Below are positions 8,641-17,459 of a stretch of 64,000 nucleotides of DNA, one piece after another. The notes under the pieces are model-generated. The model was not told the origin of the DNA and made no database searches. It was given only the letters and a program-made list of their open reading frames with translations. Within the stretch, counting starts at the first letter, position 1. The number at the start of each line of letters is the position of its first letter. Origin of the DNA: Candidatus Zambryskiibacteriota bacterium (GTDB lineage Bacteria > Patescibacteriota > Minisyncoccia > Phycocordibacterales > WO2-35-19); assembly GCA_048499675.1 (NCBI GenBank), contig JASNZL010000006.1, positions 2,089 through 66,088 of the forward strand, in the 5' to 3' direction. The position numbers and the translations under genes are program-made.

Positions 8641-9680
8641 GTTCCTGTATCCGTCCAGCACTTTTGAGACTCTGGGACTGTTAATTTGGAACAAATATAC
8701 TGCAAAGGAGAGAGCATGTGAAGAGCATAGTGGGGACGACGAGTGTTGTACCAAATGAGCCAGTCAATTAGTTTCTTGTTAAATTCAGGTACATTATCTC
8801 GAAGAAGTGATCTGTGATAAACAAGGAACTCTTCATTTAGACTACGATTAAATCTCTCCACATGAGCGTTTTCTTTAGGTGATCTTGGATGAGTATTGAA
8901 GTGTAGACCTGTTTCTTCCACTGCTTGGTGGAAGTGGAGAGCAAACTCTGATCCATTGTCAGTCTGGACATCTTTGGGACACAAAGGTAGAACCTGACGA
9001 GTTTTGGAGAGAAAATCGGCAGCACTTCTTGATCCATGATTAGTATAGGCTGTAGCAAAAGCAGTACGTTTTTCGATATCTATGCCAGTCAAAATGTATC
9101 GCTTCACTCCATCCACAAATCGTACAACAGTATCAACTTCCAACACTCTATATCCTTTGGGTCTCCTGAGCTTCTTTCTAGGCTTGTATACTCGCTCAAT
9201 TAGCTTTCCAGTCTTTCCTGAGACGGAGAGTTTTGTGTTTTTTGGTAACTTACCTTGAAACTTTAAGTCATTAATCATTCGACCAACAGTTGAGGGTGAA
9301 AGGTCTGCCACCTTCTCATTTTTCATCATGACAGAAAGTTTGTCCTTCGAGAGACGAGGAGTTTGTCCTCTTTCTTTCAAAATGAAAGCTTCCACCGCTT
9401 CCGGTACGGTTCTTTTTCTTCTGTGTATTGGAGCTGTACTTTTCTTGTTCAGATTCTCTAATTTTCCTAGGTTAGCTTTTAATTTTTTCTGCCATCGGAA
9501 AAGAGTTGGTCTAGAAACCTTGAAAGCTTCCTTTGTAGCTTCCATACTATACTTCTTCCAGAAAGAGAGTATTTTAGCTCTTTCTTTTGCTTGTTCGGTA
9601 ATCATATACCGAAATCGTATCACTCTTTCCCAAGTACTTTTAAATCCTCTGGTTCCCCTAAATTTGTTGAAAAATGCCAT
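8637..9680 (-). CDS. IS481-family DDE transposase (HTH + integrase core)
   Basis: EVDT, QTDNGSEF, NAHVERFNRSL, YNTRRPH motifs. Confidence 0.92.
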   Translation of the reverse strand: MAFFNKFRGTRGFKSTWERVIRFRYMITEQAKERAKILSFWKKYSMEATKEAFKVSRPTLFRWQKKLKANLGKLENLNKKSTAPIHRRKRTVPEAVEAFILKERGQTPRLSKDKLSVMMKNEKVADLSPSTVGRMINDLKFQGKLPKNTKLSVSGKTGKLIERVYKPRKKLRRPKGYRVLEVDTVVRFVDGVKRYILTGIDIEKRTAFATAYTNHGSRSAADFLSKTRQVLPLCPKDVQTDNGSEFALHFHQAVEETGLHFNTHPRSPKENAHVERFNRSLNEEFLVYHRSLLRDNVPEFNKKLIDWLIWYNTRRPHYALHMLSPLQYICSKLTVPESQKCWTDTGT

Positions 9681-9725
9681 ACAAAACTCTTAAACCAGAG
9701 TCTCATATGTTTCTGAACTTATGCA
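8646..9725 (-). mobile_element. IS481-family insertion sequence, copy 1
   Basis: Imperfect IRs TGTATCCGTCCAGCACTTTTGAGACTC / TGCATAAGTTCAGAAACATATGAGACTC; boundaries confirmed by second copy at 30373-31456. Confidence 0.9.
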
Positions 9726-9736
9726 CTTATCAAAAT

Positions 9737-10558
9737 CTATTTAACTTCGTAAGTAATACTTACTTGTGACATTATTCTTGTTTCTCCTTGTGGTAATTCT
9801 GCTCTCACTGGGGCAACTGATGATTTAAGCATATCTCCCCCCATTCCCATTTCTCCGTAATAAGGCATTGGCATATAATTTCCGCTTTCATTGAAGTAAA
9901 GCATCTTACCCATTCTTACCCCTAATTGTTTTGACAATTCTTTTGCTTGCTCCTTTGCTTTGCTTATAGCTTCTTCTCTTGCTTTGGCAATAAACTCTTC
10001 TCTATTATCCACAGTAAATTCTAGTCCACTAATATTGCTTACATCTGTTGAGCCGATTTTTGTCACCAAATCTGGAGCCTTGTCTGTATCTCTAACCTTT
10101 ACTGTAATTGTTTGATTAACCTCATATCCCTTCAAAACATTTCTACCTGGAGGACAAACAACACCAACCATAGCTATGCAATATTGCTGTTCCCATTCAT
10201 ATTTTGGATATACATTATAATTTGTTGTTTTGATATCTCTTTCTTCAACTCCTGATTCTCTCACAGCAGAAAGTGCTCTGTTCATTTTTTCGTCCAATTT
10301 TTCTTGAGCCTCCGCCACAGTCCCTCCAACTTCTATAATAGAAAAGTTAAACGTAGCAATATCCGGTATTGCAAATGCTTCCCCTTCTCCGCTCACAGTA
10401 ATCGTTGATTGTGGATAAACTTCTTTACCAACCGATGGTAATTTCTTAAATCCTATTAAAACTTGAACAAAAAGAAAAATTGAAAACAAAACCAACGATA
10501 TAACAAGCCATTTTGTTATTTTTTGACCAGAACCAACACCTAAAAATTGATCTAACAT
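9737..10558 (-). CDS. SIMPL domain (DUF541) protein
   Basis: ITVSGEGEAFAIPDIA, AREEAISKAKEQAKELSKQLGV, VSITYE. Confidence 0.9.
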   Translation of the reverse strand: MLDQFLGVGSGQKITKWLVISLVLFSIFLFVQVLIGFKKLPSVGKEVYPQSTITVSGEGEAFAIPDIATFNFSIIEVGGTVAEAQEKLDEKMNRALSAVRESGVEERDIKTTNYNVYPKYEWEQQYCIAMVGVVCPPGRNVLKGYEVNQTITVKVRDTDKAPDLVTKIGSTDVSNISGLEFTVDNREEFIAKAREEAISKAKEQAKELSKQLGVRMGKMLYFNESGNYMPMPYYGEMGMGGDMLKSSVAPVRAELPQGETRIMSQVSITYEVK

Positions 10559-10670
10559 ATTTTTTAATTAACTAATAATGCAAAAACATTATAATCCCAA
10601 TATTAACACAAATCAATCTATACAATCCTACAAATGATATAATAATAAAATTATTAAAGATATAAAACTC

Positions 10671-12401
10671 ATGACAAATAAACAAAATATACTTAGTTTT
10701 TTAATAGTGGTACTTATTCTTGTTTTCACCCTCCCGCTTGCAGTCGATGCGCAGATTCCCACCGGCGTCCCGTCAAGAACCCCTGACCCATCAAGTGGTT
10801 GTACCGGCTTTGAAAACACCGCTCAATGTCGACCAGAATGGGCTTCTGCTGTATCAAAATGCATTACGGGATCGATAAACCAAAGTGCCAACACTTGTGA
10901 TGTGCTAATTAATAATTCTCCTCAAACAATTGCGATATGTTCACCTACAAATACAACAGGACCTTGCAGACCAGAGAGGGTAAATCCTTACGCCGCTGGC
11001 ACAATCGCTAGACAAGCTGAAATAATGGGTAGATCAGTCGGATATGACATAACATGTAGTGCAAGCAGAGCTTCTTTCTGGGGAACTGACACAAATACAG
11101 GACTTGATTATTTTATGAATAGTCTTTGTTCAATAGATGGCACACAAATGACTGGCATCTCTGCTGAATTATTAGTAAACAGCTATCCTAATAGTTGGCA
11201 AACACTAGAGACAGAAATTAAAAGTACTGAAGCTTCTATAACTTGCGGGGGGATCCAGTACGTATTCTTCAATACCGACGGCACATACAGATGTTTAGCT
11301 CGTCCAACCAATCCTACCGCTCCCACAACTCCTACCACCCCAACTACACCCACAACTCCCACAGCACCCACCACACCAACTTATGTAACAAGTACTGGAT
11401 ATAGCTACTCAACCGAGCTTCTTAATACACTTTACAACATGGTGAACTCGATGAGGACACAGCTTGCATCAATCGGCGCAACAGGTGTAACAACAGGTAC
11501 AACAGCCATGCAAACAACTAGTACTTCTGGTTTTACAACACCAATGATTGACCTTATAAACCAGATGACAGCTACGCTACAATCACAACTTACTTCTATT
11601 GGTACAACAGGAGGAACAACAGGTACAGGTACAACAGGAACACAGACTGAAACACAAACAGTTACCAACACATCTACACATGTTACCGTCAATCCAAATG
11701 ACCCAAACTCCAAATGCACCGGTTACGAAACGACTGAAAATTGCCACCCCGAATGGGCGATATCTGCCGGTAATTGTTTGGCTGGTACAATAAATACACA
11801 AATGAGTACTTGCCAAGTTAACCCCGCTATCGCTCCCAATCTTGCAAAAATATCTCCAATGGTTTCTATTTGTTCAGCAACAAACATGAGTGGTCCTTGT
11901 AAACCAGAAAGAGTAAACATATATGGAGCAACTACTTTGGCAAAAGAATATGAAGCAAATAGCGGTGGGACGAGGACGTGTGGAGTACAGCAGGTGCATA
12001 TGTTTGGAAATCTAGACCCTAACACCAATCTTCCATATTATTACAACATAGAATGTTCTTCATCAGTAGACAGTAGTCCACAAATTAGTCTCTGGTTAGA
12101 AGGGGCTCAACAAAAATTTGCAAGTTTTTCAGTTGGAGAAACTATCAAATATCATTTTAGAATGGAAAACATTAATTCAGTTAGTTCTTATTACAGCGCC
12201 AGTCCCGGTGACAAATGTGTTGGTGGCTCAAATAATGGAGAACAAAAACCTTGGATAATAAATAACGTCTCACCATTTGGCGTCGAAACATCTGTAGCAC
12301 AACAATGCCAATCTGGTTCAAATTATGTTATATCGCTAGTTGGGAAAAATAAAATTACTGGCAAAACAGCGGCATCAACAATTTCAGTCTATATAAGATA
12401 A
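10671..12401 (+). CDS. Secreted Cys-rich, Thr/Pro-rich surface protein with duplicated domain
   Basis: Signal peptide ending VDA/Q; two copies of DP..CTG.E...C.PEWA...C..G.IN...C...ICS.TN..GPC.PERVN.Y; (PTT)n linker. Confidence 0.75.
   Translation: MTNKQNILSFLIVVLILVFTLPLAVDAQIPTGVPSRTPDPSSGCTGFENTAQCRPEWASAVSKCITGSINQSANTCDVLINNSPQTIAICSPTNTTGPCRPERVNPYAAGTIARQAEIMGRSVGYDITCSASRASFWGTDTNTGLDYFMNSLCSIDGTQMTGISAELLVNSYPNSWQTLETEIKSTEASITCGGIQYVFFNTDGTYRCLARPTNPTAPTTPTTPTTPTTPTAPTTPTYVTSTGYSYSTELLNTLYNMVNSMRTQLASIGATGVTTGTTAMQTTSTSGFTTPMIDLINQMTATLQSQLTSIGTTGGTTGTGTTGTQTETQTVTNTSTHVTVNPNDPNSKCTGYETTENCHPEWAISAGNCLAGTINTQMSTCQVNPAIAPNLAKISPMVSICSATNMSGPCKPERVNIYGATTLAKEYEANSGGTRTCGVQQVHMFGNLDPNTNLPYYYNIECSSSVDSSPQISLWLEGAQQKFASFSVGETIKYHFRMENINSVSSYYSASPGDKCVGGSNNGEQKPWIINNVSPFGVETSVAQQCQSGSNYVISLVGKNKITGKTAASTISVYIR
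11310..11380 (+). repeat. Degenerate 9-bp coding tandem repeat (PTT/PTA)n
   Basis: CCNACNACN units. Confidence 0.8.
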
Positions 12402-12406
12402 AGTGG

Positions 12407-13249
12407 TTATTCTTCAATCAAATCCAAAAGATTTTCGAATAGACAAGCAACAGTTATAACCCCAATACCACCAGGTACTGGGGTTATTGCTTTTACATTT
12501 TTTGAAACTATATCAAAATCCACATCTCCCACTACCAGATTTCTCCCTTCGGCTGTTTCCCCTATCTTGTTTATACCAACATCAATTACTACTTGGTTTG
12601 GATTTGTAAACTCCCTCGTTATCAACTTAATACTCCCAGTCGCAGAAACCAAAATATCTGCTTTGCTTGAGTATTCAATAACATCTTCCCGCTTGGATTC
12701 TTTATCAAAAACCACAACTTCCGCACCTTCTTTTTTTAGAGATTCTGAAATAGGGGCGCCCGCCAAAATTGACTTACCCAAAACAACTACATTACACCCT
12801 CTTATATTTATTTCGTAAAAATTAAGTAGGGATAATACAGCCCTTGCAGTCGCTGGTGTGACAACATTTACAAAATCATCTCCGAGAGATCTGGAGAGAG
12901 CGTCTGCATCCATATTTTTTGGAATTAAATTCAACACCTTCTCTGTGTTTAAATGACTCGGTAACGGCAGTTGAACAATTATTCCATCGTATTTTTCTTC
13001 TTCTACAATTTTTTGTATATCTGATTCTAGTTCTTCTTGGCTAATTTTCTCTTCATTTTTTTTTAACAAAACATCTACACCAACATCTTTACCAAAATCC
13101 ATTTTACTTTTGATATAAATATTGGAATCACTTCTGTTGCCCACTTGTATTATGAGCAAAGTTGGCTTTTTTGTGAGCTTTTTTATCCTTACGACTAAAT
13201 TATCCTTTATTTTCTCCTTCACAGGAGCACCGTATAAAATTTTTGCCAT
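12407..13249 (-). CDS. folD: Bifunctional methylene-THF dehydrogenase/cyclohydrolase
   Basis: GIIVQLPLP, VIDVGIN, GDVDF, ITPVPGGIG. Confidence 0.93.
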   Translation of the reverse strand: MAKILYGAPVKEKIKDNLVVRIKKLTKKPTLLIIQVGNRSDSNIYIKSKMDFGKDVGVDVLLKKNEEKISQEELESDIQKIVEEEKYDGIIVQLPLPSHLNTEKVLNLIPKNMDADALSRSLGDDFVNVVTPATARAVLSLLNFYEINIRGCNVVVLGKSILAGAPISESLKKEGAEVVVFDKESKREDVIEYSSKADILVSATGSIKLITREFTNPNQVVIDVGINKIGETAEGRNLVVGDVDFDIVSKNVKAITPVPGGIGVITVACLFENLLDLIEE

Positions 13250-13371
13250 TTTTAAAATATACCATTCTTTCTTTATTTTGTAATTTTGTCTAATCGTTTT
13301 ATATAACAGAAATCCCCCAGACCCACCCACAATTGGGAAAGGGTCTGAGGGATTAAGAATCGGAGGGTCAA

Positions 13372-14043
13372 CTACGCCACGAGTGTCTGCGGAACGACAA
13401 TCCGAGGACGGCTAGCGCCATTCCAACCGTCGTCACGCGAGAACCGGAGGGCGACGGCGTCAGGCCTCTCGCCGGAATCCAGACTCACGCGAGCAACGAA
13501 GAATTTGCGATTTTCCTTGAACAGGAAAAAAGTGGCATATCCTTCCTTCCGAAGCCAGTCCTTGTGGTCTTCCACAAAAGCAATGATTTGCTCCTGTGTC
13601 AGACAAAGGTCTTCCCGTTCGCGACCCAACAAGCTGTCGAAGATGGTTTCAAAATCACCATCCTCGACCATCTCGTAGACCAGAACGGGCGTTTCTGGTT
13701 TCGCTTCTCCTGGAACATCCAAACCCCAGTTTTTGAAGTCGGAGTCGATGCCCCAAGTGAAGATGTCCGTGGCCTGGGCGATGGTTCTGTGCCCACTCGT
13801 GGCGCGGATAGTGATTTGCTTCCCGCCCGAGATGAGGCGGAGAATGTTCGCCTTTCCTGTTGGAATATCTCCAATCATTTTGCCCTCAATCACATTTTGC
13901 AATGTGGAGAGAAGAGCTTCCGGATTATAATTTCCGACTTTGGCACGGCGGATAAGCTCGGGGATTCTGCTTTCCAACAAAGTTTCCCACTCTTCCGCTG
14001 TGGGTTTCCTTTTCATACCGTCTGGGACAACGCGGGTCGTCAT
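13372..14043 (-). CDS. Hypothetical protein, GC-rich cassette
   Basis: GAAAGGAAA SD before ATG at 14043; promoter separated from the gene by IS30. Confidence 0.65.
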   Translation of the reverse strand: MTTRVVPDGMKRKPTAEEWETLLESRIPELIRRAKVGNYNPEALLSTLQNVIEGKMIGDIPTGKANILRLISGGKQITIRATSGHRTIAQATDIFTWGIDSDFKNWGLDVPGEAKPETPVLVYEMVEDGDFETIFDSLLGREREDLCLTQEQIIAFVEDHKDWLRKEGYATFFLFKENRKFFVARVSLDSGERPDAVALRFSRDDGWNGASRPRIVVPQTLVA

Positions 14044-14094
14044 GACAGTTTCCTTTCTCAATGAGCACGGGTTTTGTATAGGTATTGAACCTCC

Positions 14095-15131
14095 TGAAAA
14101 TTCTTGTTTGAAATGCAACTGGCGGTAATATAATTTGTATGGGAAAAACAAGAATTTTCGTCCAGTTGGACGAGCATAAAAGAGACAGGATTGAAGCTCT
14201 TTTGACTCAAGGAGTGGAGAAAAAATTAATAGCTAAAATCATCGGAGTACACAAAAGCACCGTCACAAGAGAGGTACAAAAAAGAAGCAGATTGAATGGA
14301 GAATATAGAGCCAGCTCTGCGGAACACAAAGCTCAAATTTTGCGGAGCAACTCTAAATATCAAGGCATGAAAATCGAGAGGCATCCGGAACTCCGGAGGT
14401 TCATAATTTCAGAATTAAAAAAATATCAATCTCCCGATGGTATCGCCGGAAGAATGAGAGAAGAAAAATGGTCAGTCAGAGTTTCGGGAGATGCCATATA
14501 CCGATGGCTTCGATCTGTTCACGGAGTAAGATATTGCAAGTATCTTTGTACCAAAAGATATCGCAAGAAACCGCATACTGATACTCCAAAGAGGCAGATC
14601 ATCCCAAATATGGTCAGTATTCACGATATGCCAGCTAATCCGGGATTTGTGACCGAAGGAGACACATTCCTTTCACCAAAGAAAATATCCAAAACGGCAG
14701 CGGTACTTGTCGGTTGGAGAGAAACCAAACTTCTCAAAGGAGACTTGGTTAAAAGTCTCCGACCGATACATACTGCGAGAGTTATGAGAAAAATTAACAA
14801 TGAAAACATCATTCATGTTATGATTTTGGACCAAGGTGGAGAAAACCGAGAGCATGAAAAATTCAGCATGAAGACATATTTTTGCGATCCGGCATCTCCG
14901 AGGCAGAAACCCTTCATTGAGTCCAGCATCGGATTATGTAGAAGATGGTTTTGGCCCAAGGGAACTAATTTGAAAAAAGTATCAAAAGAAGAATTCCAAG
15001 AAAAATTGGAAATCTTAAACAACAAATACAGAAAAACGCTTCGTTACCGAAGCGCCAATGAAGCAGCGAGAGAGTGTGGTATCATTCATGGCAATTAGCA
15101 ACTCCAGTTGCATTTCACCCCAGAATTTACA
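14095..15131 (+). mobile_element. IS30-family insertion sequence
   Basis: 28-bp IRs TGAAAATTCTTGTTTGAAATGCAACTGG / TGTAAATTCTGGGGTGAAATGCAACTGG. Confidence 0.88.
14139..15098 (+). CDS. IS30-family transposase
   Basis: IAKIIGVHKSTVTREV HTH, SPDGIAGR, EGDT, DQGGE, YFCDPASPRQKPFIE, PKGT. Confidence 0.92.
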   Translation: MGKTRIFVQLDEHKRDRIEALLTQGVEKKLIAKIIGVHKSTVTREVQKRSRLNGEYRASSAEHKAQILRSNSKYQGMKIERHPELRRFIISELKKYQSPDGIAGRMREEKWSVRVSGDAIYRWLRSVHGVRYCKYLCTKRYRKKPHTDTPKRQIIPNMVSIHDMPANPGFVTEGDTFLSPKKISKTAAVLVGWRETKLLKGDLVKSLRPIHTARVMRKINNENIIHVMILDQGGENREHEKFSMKTYFCDPASPRQKPFIESSIGLCRRWFWPKGTNLKKVSKEEFQEKLEILNNKYRKTLRYRSANEAARECGIIHGN

Positions 15132-15263
15132 CAAAACCTCCTCTACTTACTATACATAAATTTACTGATTTGTCAAATGAATGAAACCCGGCACCAATCA
15201 GGGATTGGCACCGGGGCTATTGCTTTACTTCGGGTGTCGCCTTTGAACAAGACGACTCCTGTC

Positions 15264-15512
15264 TTAAGCTTTAAGTATTTTAACTATTAAATATAAAAAA
15301 TCAAAATAAAACCGCGAGGAAATATCCTTCAAATACTTTTTAAAATCTTTTTTTACTCCATTATGTTTTAGAGCAAAATCAACTGTTGCTTTTAGAAATC
15401 CAATCTTACTACCACAATCATATCTTTTGCCTTTAAAAAGTACACCATACACGGGAGCCTTTTTTAGATAACTCTTTAGTGCATCAGCTAGTCGTATCTC
15501 ACCACTTCTTTT
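15264..15512 (-). pseudogene. C-terminal fragment of UTP-glucose-1-phosphate uridylyltransferase (GalU-like)
   Basis: GEIRLADAL...FKGKRYDCGSKIGFLKATVDFAL with no N-terminal part. Confidence 0.75.
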
Positions 15513-15541
15513 TTATGTCTTTCACCTTTTTATTATATGAC

Positions 15542-15678
15542 TTGAGCCACCTCGCAGGATCGGTCACGGATAATTTCCTCATCGTCACTCGGAAATTTCC
15601 GCGACCCCGCCTCGCGACCAGCTTTGCTAAGCTGGTACCCGCTCCGACTTTCGATCCTGCAATAAAACTACTTTTTAT
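15542..15678 (-). repeat. tRNA-Thr(CGT)-associated element
   Basis: 21-bp duplicate of tRNA 3' end (15542-15562), hairpin core, inverted T-arm TTCGATCCTGC (15650-15660). Confidence 0.85.
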
Positions 15679-15680
15679 TG

Positions 15681-15753
15681 AGCCACCTCGCAGGATCGAA
15701 CTGCGGACCTGCGGTTTACGATACCGCCGCTCTACCAACTGAGCTAAGGTGGC
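15681..15753 (-). tRNA. tRNA-Thr(CGT)
   Basis: GCCACCTTAGCTCAGTTGGTAGAGC-GCGGT AT CGT AA ACCGC-...TTCGATCCTGCGAGGTGGCT cloverleaf. Confidence 0.95.
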
Positions 15754-15768
15754 AAATTTTACGATAAA

Positions 15769-15950
15769 TGAGCCGTTGATCGGGATTGGTGTCAACTCAC
15801 ATCAATATTTTTATTCGTAATACTCTAAAAATATTGTGTGGTTCCTACCCGGCCTCGCCCGTCTCGCTTAGCTCGACATGGCTCCGGCTTTCAACCTCCG
15901 AACGCAAAGCAAGCAGTTTCTTTGCTTCAACACCTCACTCACTTTGTTCG
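15769..15950 (-). repeat. tRNA-Thr(GGT)-associated element
   Basis: 20-bp duplicate of tRNA 3' end (15769-15788), core, imperfect inverted T-arm at 15890-15901. Confidence 0.8.
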
Positions 15951-15952
15951 TG

Positions 15953-16025
15953 AGCCGTTGATCGGGATTGAACCGATGACCTCCCCCTTACCATGGGGGT
16001 GCTCTACCAACTGAGCTACAACGGC
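15953..16025 (-). tRNA. tRNA-Thr(GGT)
   Basis: GCCGTTGTAGCTCAGTTGGTAGAGCA-CCCCC AT GGT AA GGGGG-...TTCAATCCCGATCAACGGCT. Confidence 0.95.
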
Positions 16026-16139
16026 ATAGATTAAATCTATTATATAAAACAAATCTTTTCAAACCACAAATAAAATCAAAATTTAAAAATCAAAATTAAA
16101 AATTACAATTTAAAATTTAAAATTTTTGGACTTTTTAAC

Positions 16140-16820
16140 TTATTTATTCGTATCGTTCGCACCCATTTGTGTATTAGTGTCGTTTTGCTTCTCATAATCC
16201 TTATACAAAAGTGAAAGTCCTCCGAGAGCCAATACAAAAGTTATAAGCGGAAGAATAAAAAAGTACTTCAAAGACAAGTCAACAAGTTTTGAACCCAGAT
16301 AAACATAGAGAAGGTTTAGAGGAATAAAGAATAATGAGTTAAGCACGACAAATGTAAAAAAATTCATTTTACTGAGTCCTGCCGAATATGCCACCAGCTC
16401 CGGAATTGTCATAAAACCAATTCGAGCTTTTATAAATGACTTTGTGTCATTCAAAACAGAAAGTGCCTTTTCTATTTTTTCAAAATACTTTTCTCCAGCA
16501 AGTTTTCTCACAATTTTCGCTCCATATTTCCTCGCCAAAACAAAACAAGTAATTGAACCTAAAATATCTCCTATCATTACTATTATAAAAGCTTTTGTAC
16601 TTCCATAGAGAGCGCCCGCTACCAAATAAAGTGGTGAACCGCCAAGAGGAGCAATAATAAGCGTGGACATCTTCAGAAGAATTATGACGAGCGGAGCAAG
16701 GATTCCAAAACTTTCTACTTTTTCTTGCAATTGTCCACCACGCACCAAAACCATAGCAAAAACAAAAATTGCAACTATAAAAACAAACCACCCTATTTCA
16801 ACTATTTTCTCTCTTTTCAT
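16140..16820 (-). CDS. TVP38/TMEM64 (VTT, DedA superfamily) membrane protein
   Basis: APLGGSPLYLVAGALYG, GDILGS...FVLARKYG, YSAGLS. Confidence 0.85.
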   Translation of the reverse strand: MKREKIVEIGWFVFIVAIFVFAMVLVRGGQLQEKVESFGILAPLVIILLKMSTLIIAPLGGSPLYLVAGALYGSTKAFIIVMIGDILGSITCFVLARKYGAKIVRKLAGEKYFEKIEKALSVLNDTKSFIKARIGFMTIPELVAYSAGLSKMNFFTFVVLNSLFFIPLNLLYVYLGSKLVDLSLKYFFILPLITFVLALGGLSLLYKDYEKQNDTNTQMGANDTNK

Positions 16821-17242
16821 TTATTTAAATAATTTTTTATTAGAATAAGTGAATTATTATTTATAAAATTATCTATTTTTAGTAGTTCATCCAAAGGTTT
16901 CCAAGCCCATTCTGAAAATTTTTCTGGTTCCATTAATATAAAATCTTTATCGGTTTTACAGAGAAAAACCGGCACCACATCACCTTCTTTTGCGCCCAAA
17001 ACTTCTCCCAAATAATCAACAAAATCTAAATCTTTTATACCAACTTCTTCATAAATTTCCCTTTTTATAGTTTCTCCTACTGTCTCCCCTTCATCACATC
17101 TTCCCCCGGGCATTGTCCAAACTGAAATATTTTTCCATTTATTTTTGTAATGTCTAAATCCAACCAGAATCTTTTGGTCTTTAATAATGCAAGCGACCGG
17201 GCAAACATTGTCCTTTCCTTTTTCTTTTAACTTATCTTCCAT
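16817..17242 (-). CDS. NUDIX hydrolase
   Basis: PGGRCDEGETVGETIKREIYEEVGI Nudix box; MEPEK. Confidence 0.9.
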   Translation of the reverse strand: MEDKLKEKGKDNVCPVACIIKDQKILVGFRHYKNKWKNISVWTMPGGRCDEGETVGETIKREIYEEVGIKDLDFVDYLGEVLGAKEGDVVPVFLCKTDKDFILMEPEKFSEWAWKPLDELLKIDNFINNNSLILIKNYLNK

Positions 17243-17459
17243 TTTTTATTTTTATCTTATCTCGTTTAAATTATTTGAATTTGGGATTTTAAATTTTTTT
17301 AGAATTTCGGATTTAGTATTTAGAATTTTATCGTAACTCGCAACTCGCCTCCTTAATCCGTGTCGTGTTTTACTTTCTAAACTTTCTGAACTTTTAAACT
17401 TTCTAACTAATGTATTAGTGTGATTAGTGGGTTACTTTCTAAACTTTTTAACTTTCAAA

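Noticed and set aside
10780-12060. Internal duplication as a DGR template/variable repeat pair
   Set aside because: The repeats are diverged at all base types and both are coding; no reverse transcriptase in the window
13564-14128. Long antisense and alternate-frame ORFs in GC-rich genes (also 5019-6215, 29947-30298)
   Set aside because: Expected by-product of higher GC; no SD, promoter or recognisable motifs
15479-15795. ORFs overlapping tRNA and repeat regions (also 37084-37428, 40002-40193, 6738-6953)
   Set aside because: Spurious translations of structured RNA or repeats
15542-16025. CRISPR array or extra/permuted tRNA genes
   Set aside because: The repeats are tRNA 3' end copies specific to each tRNA, spacing is irregular, no cas genes are present, and the duplicates lack D and anticodon arms
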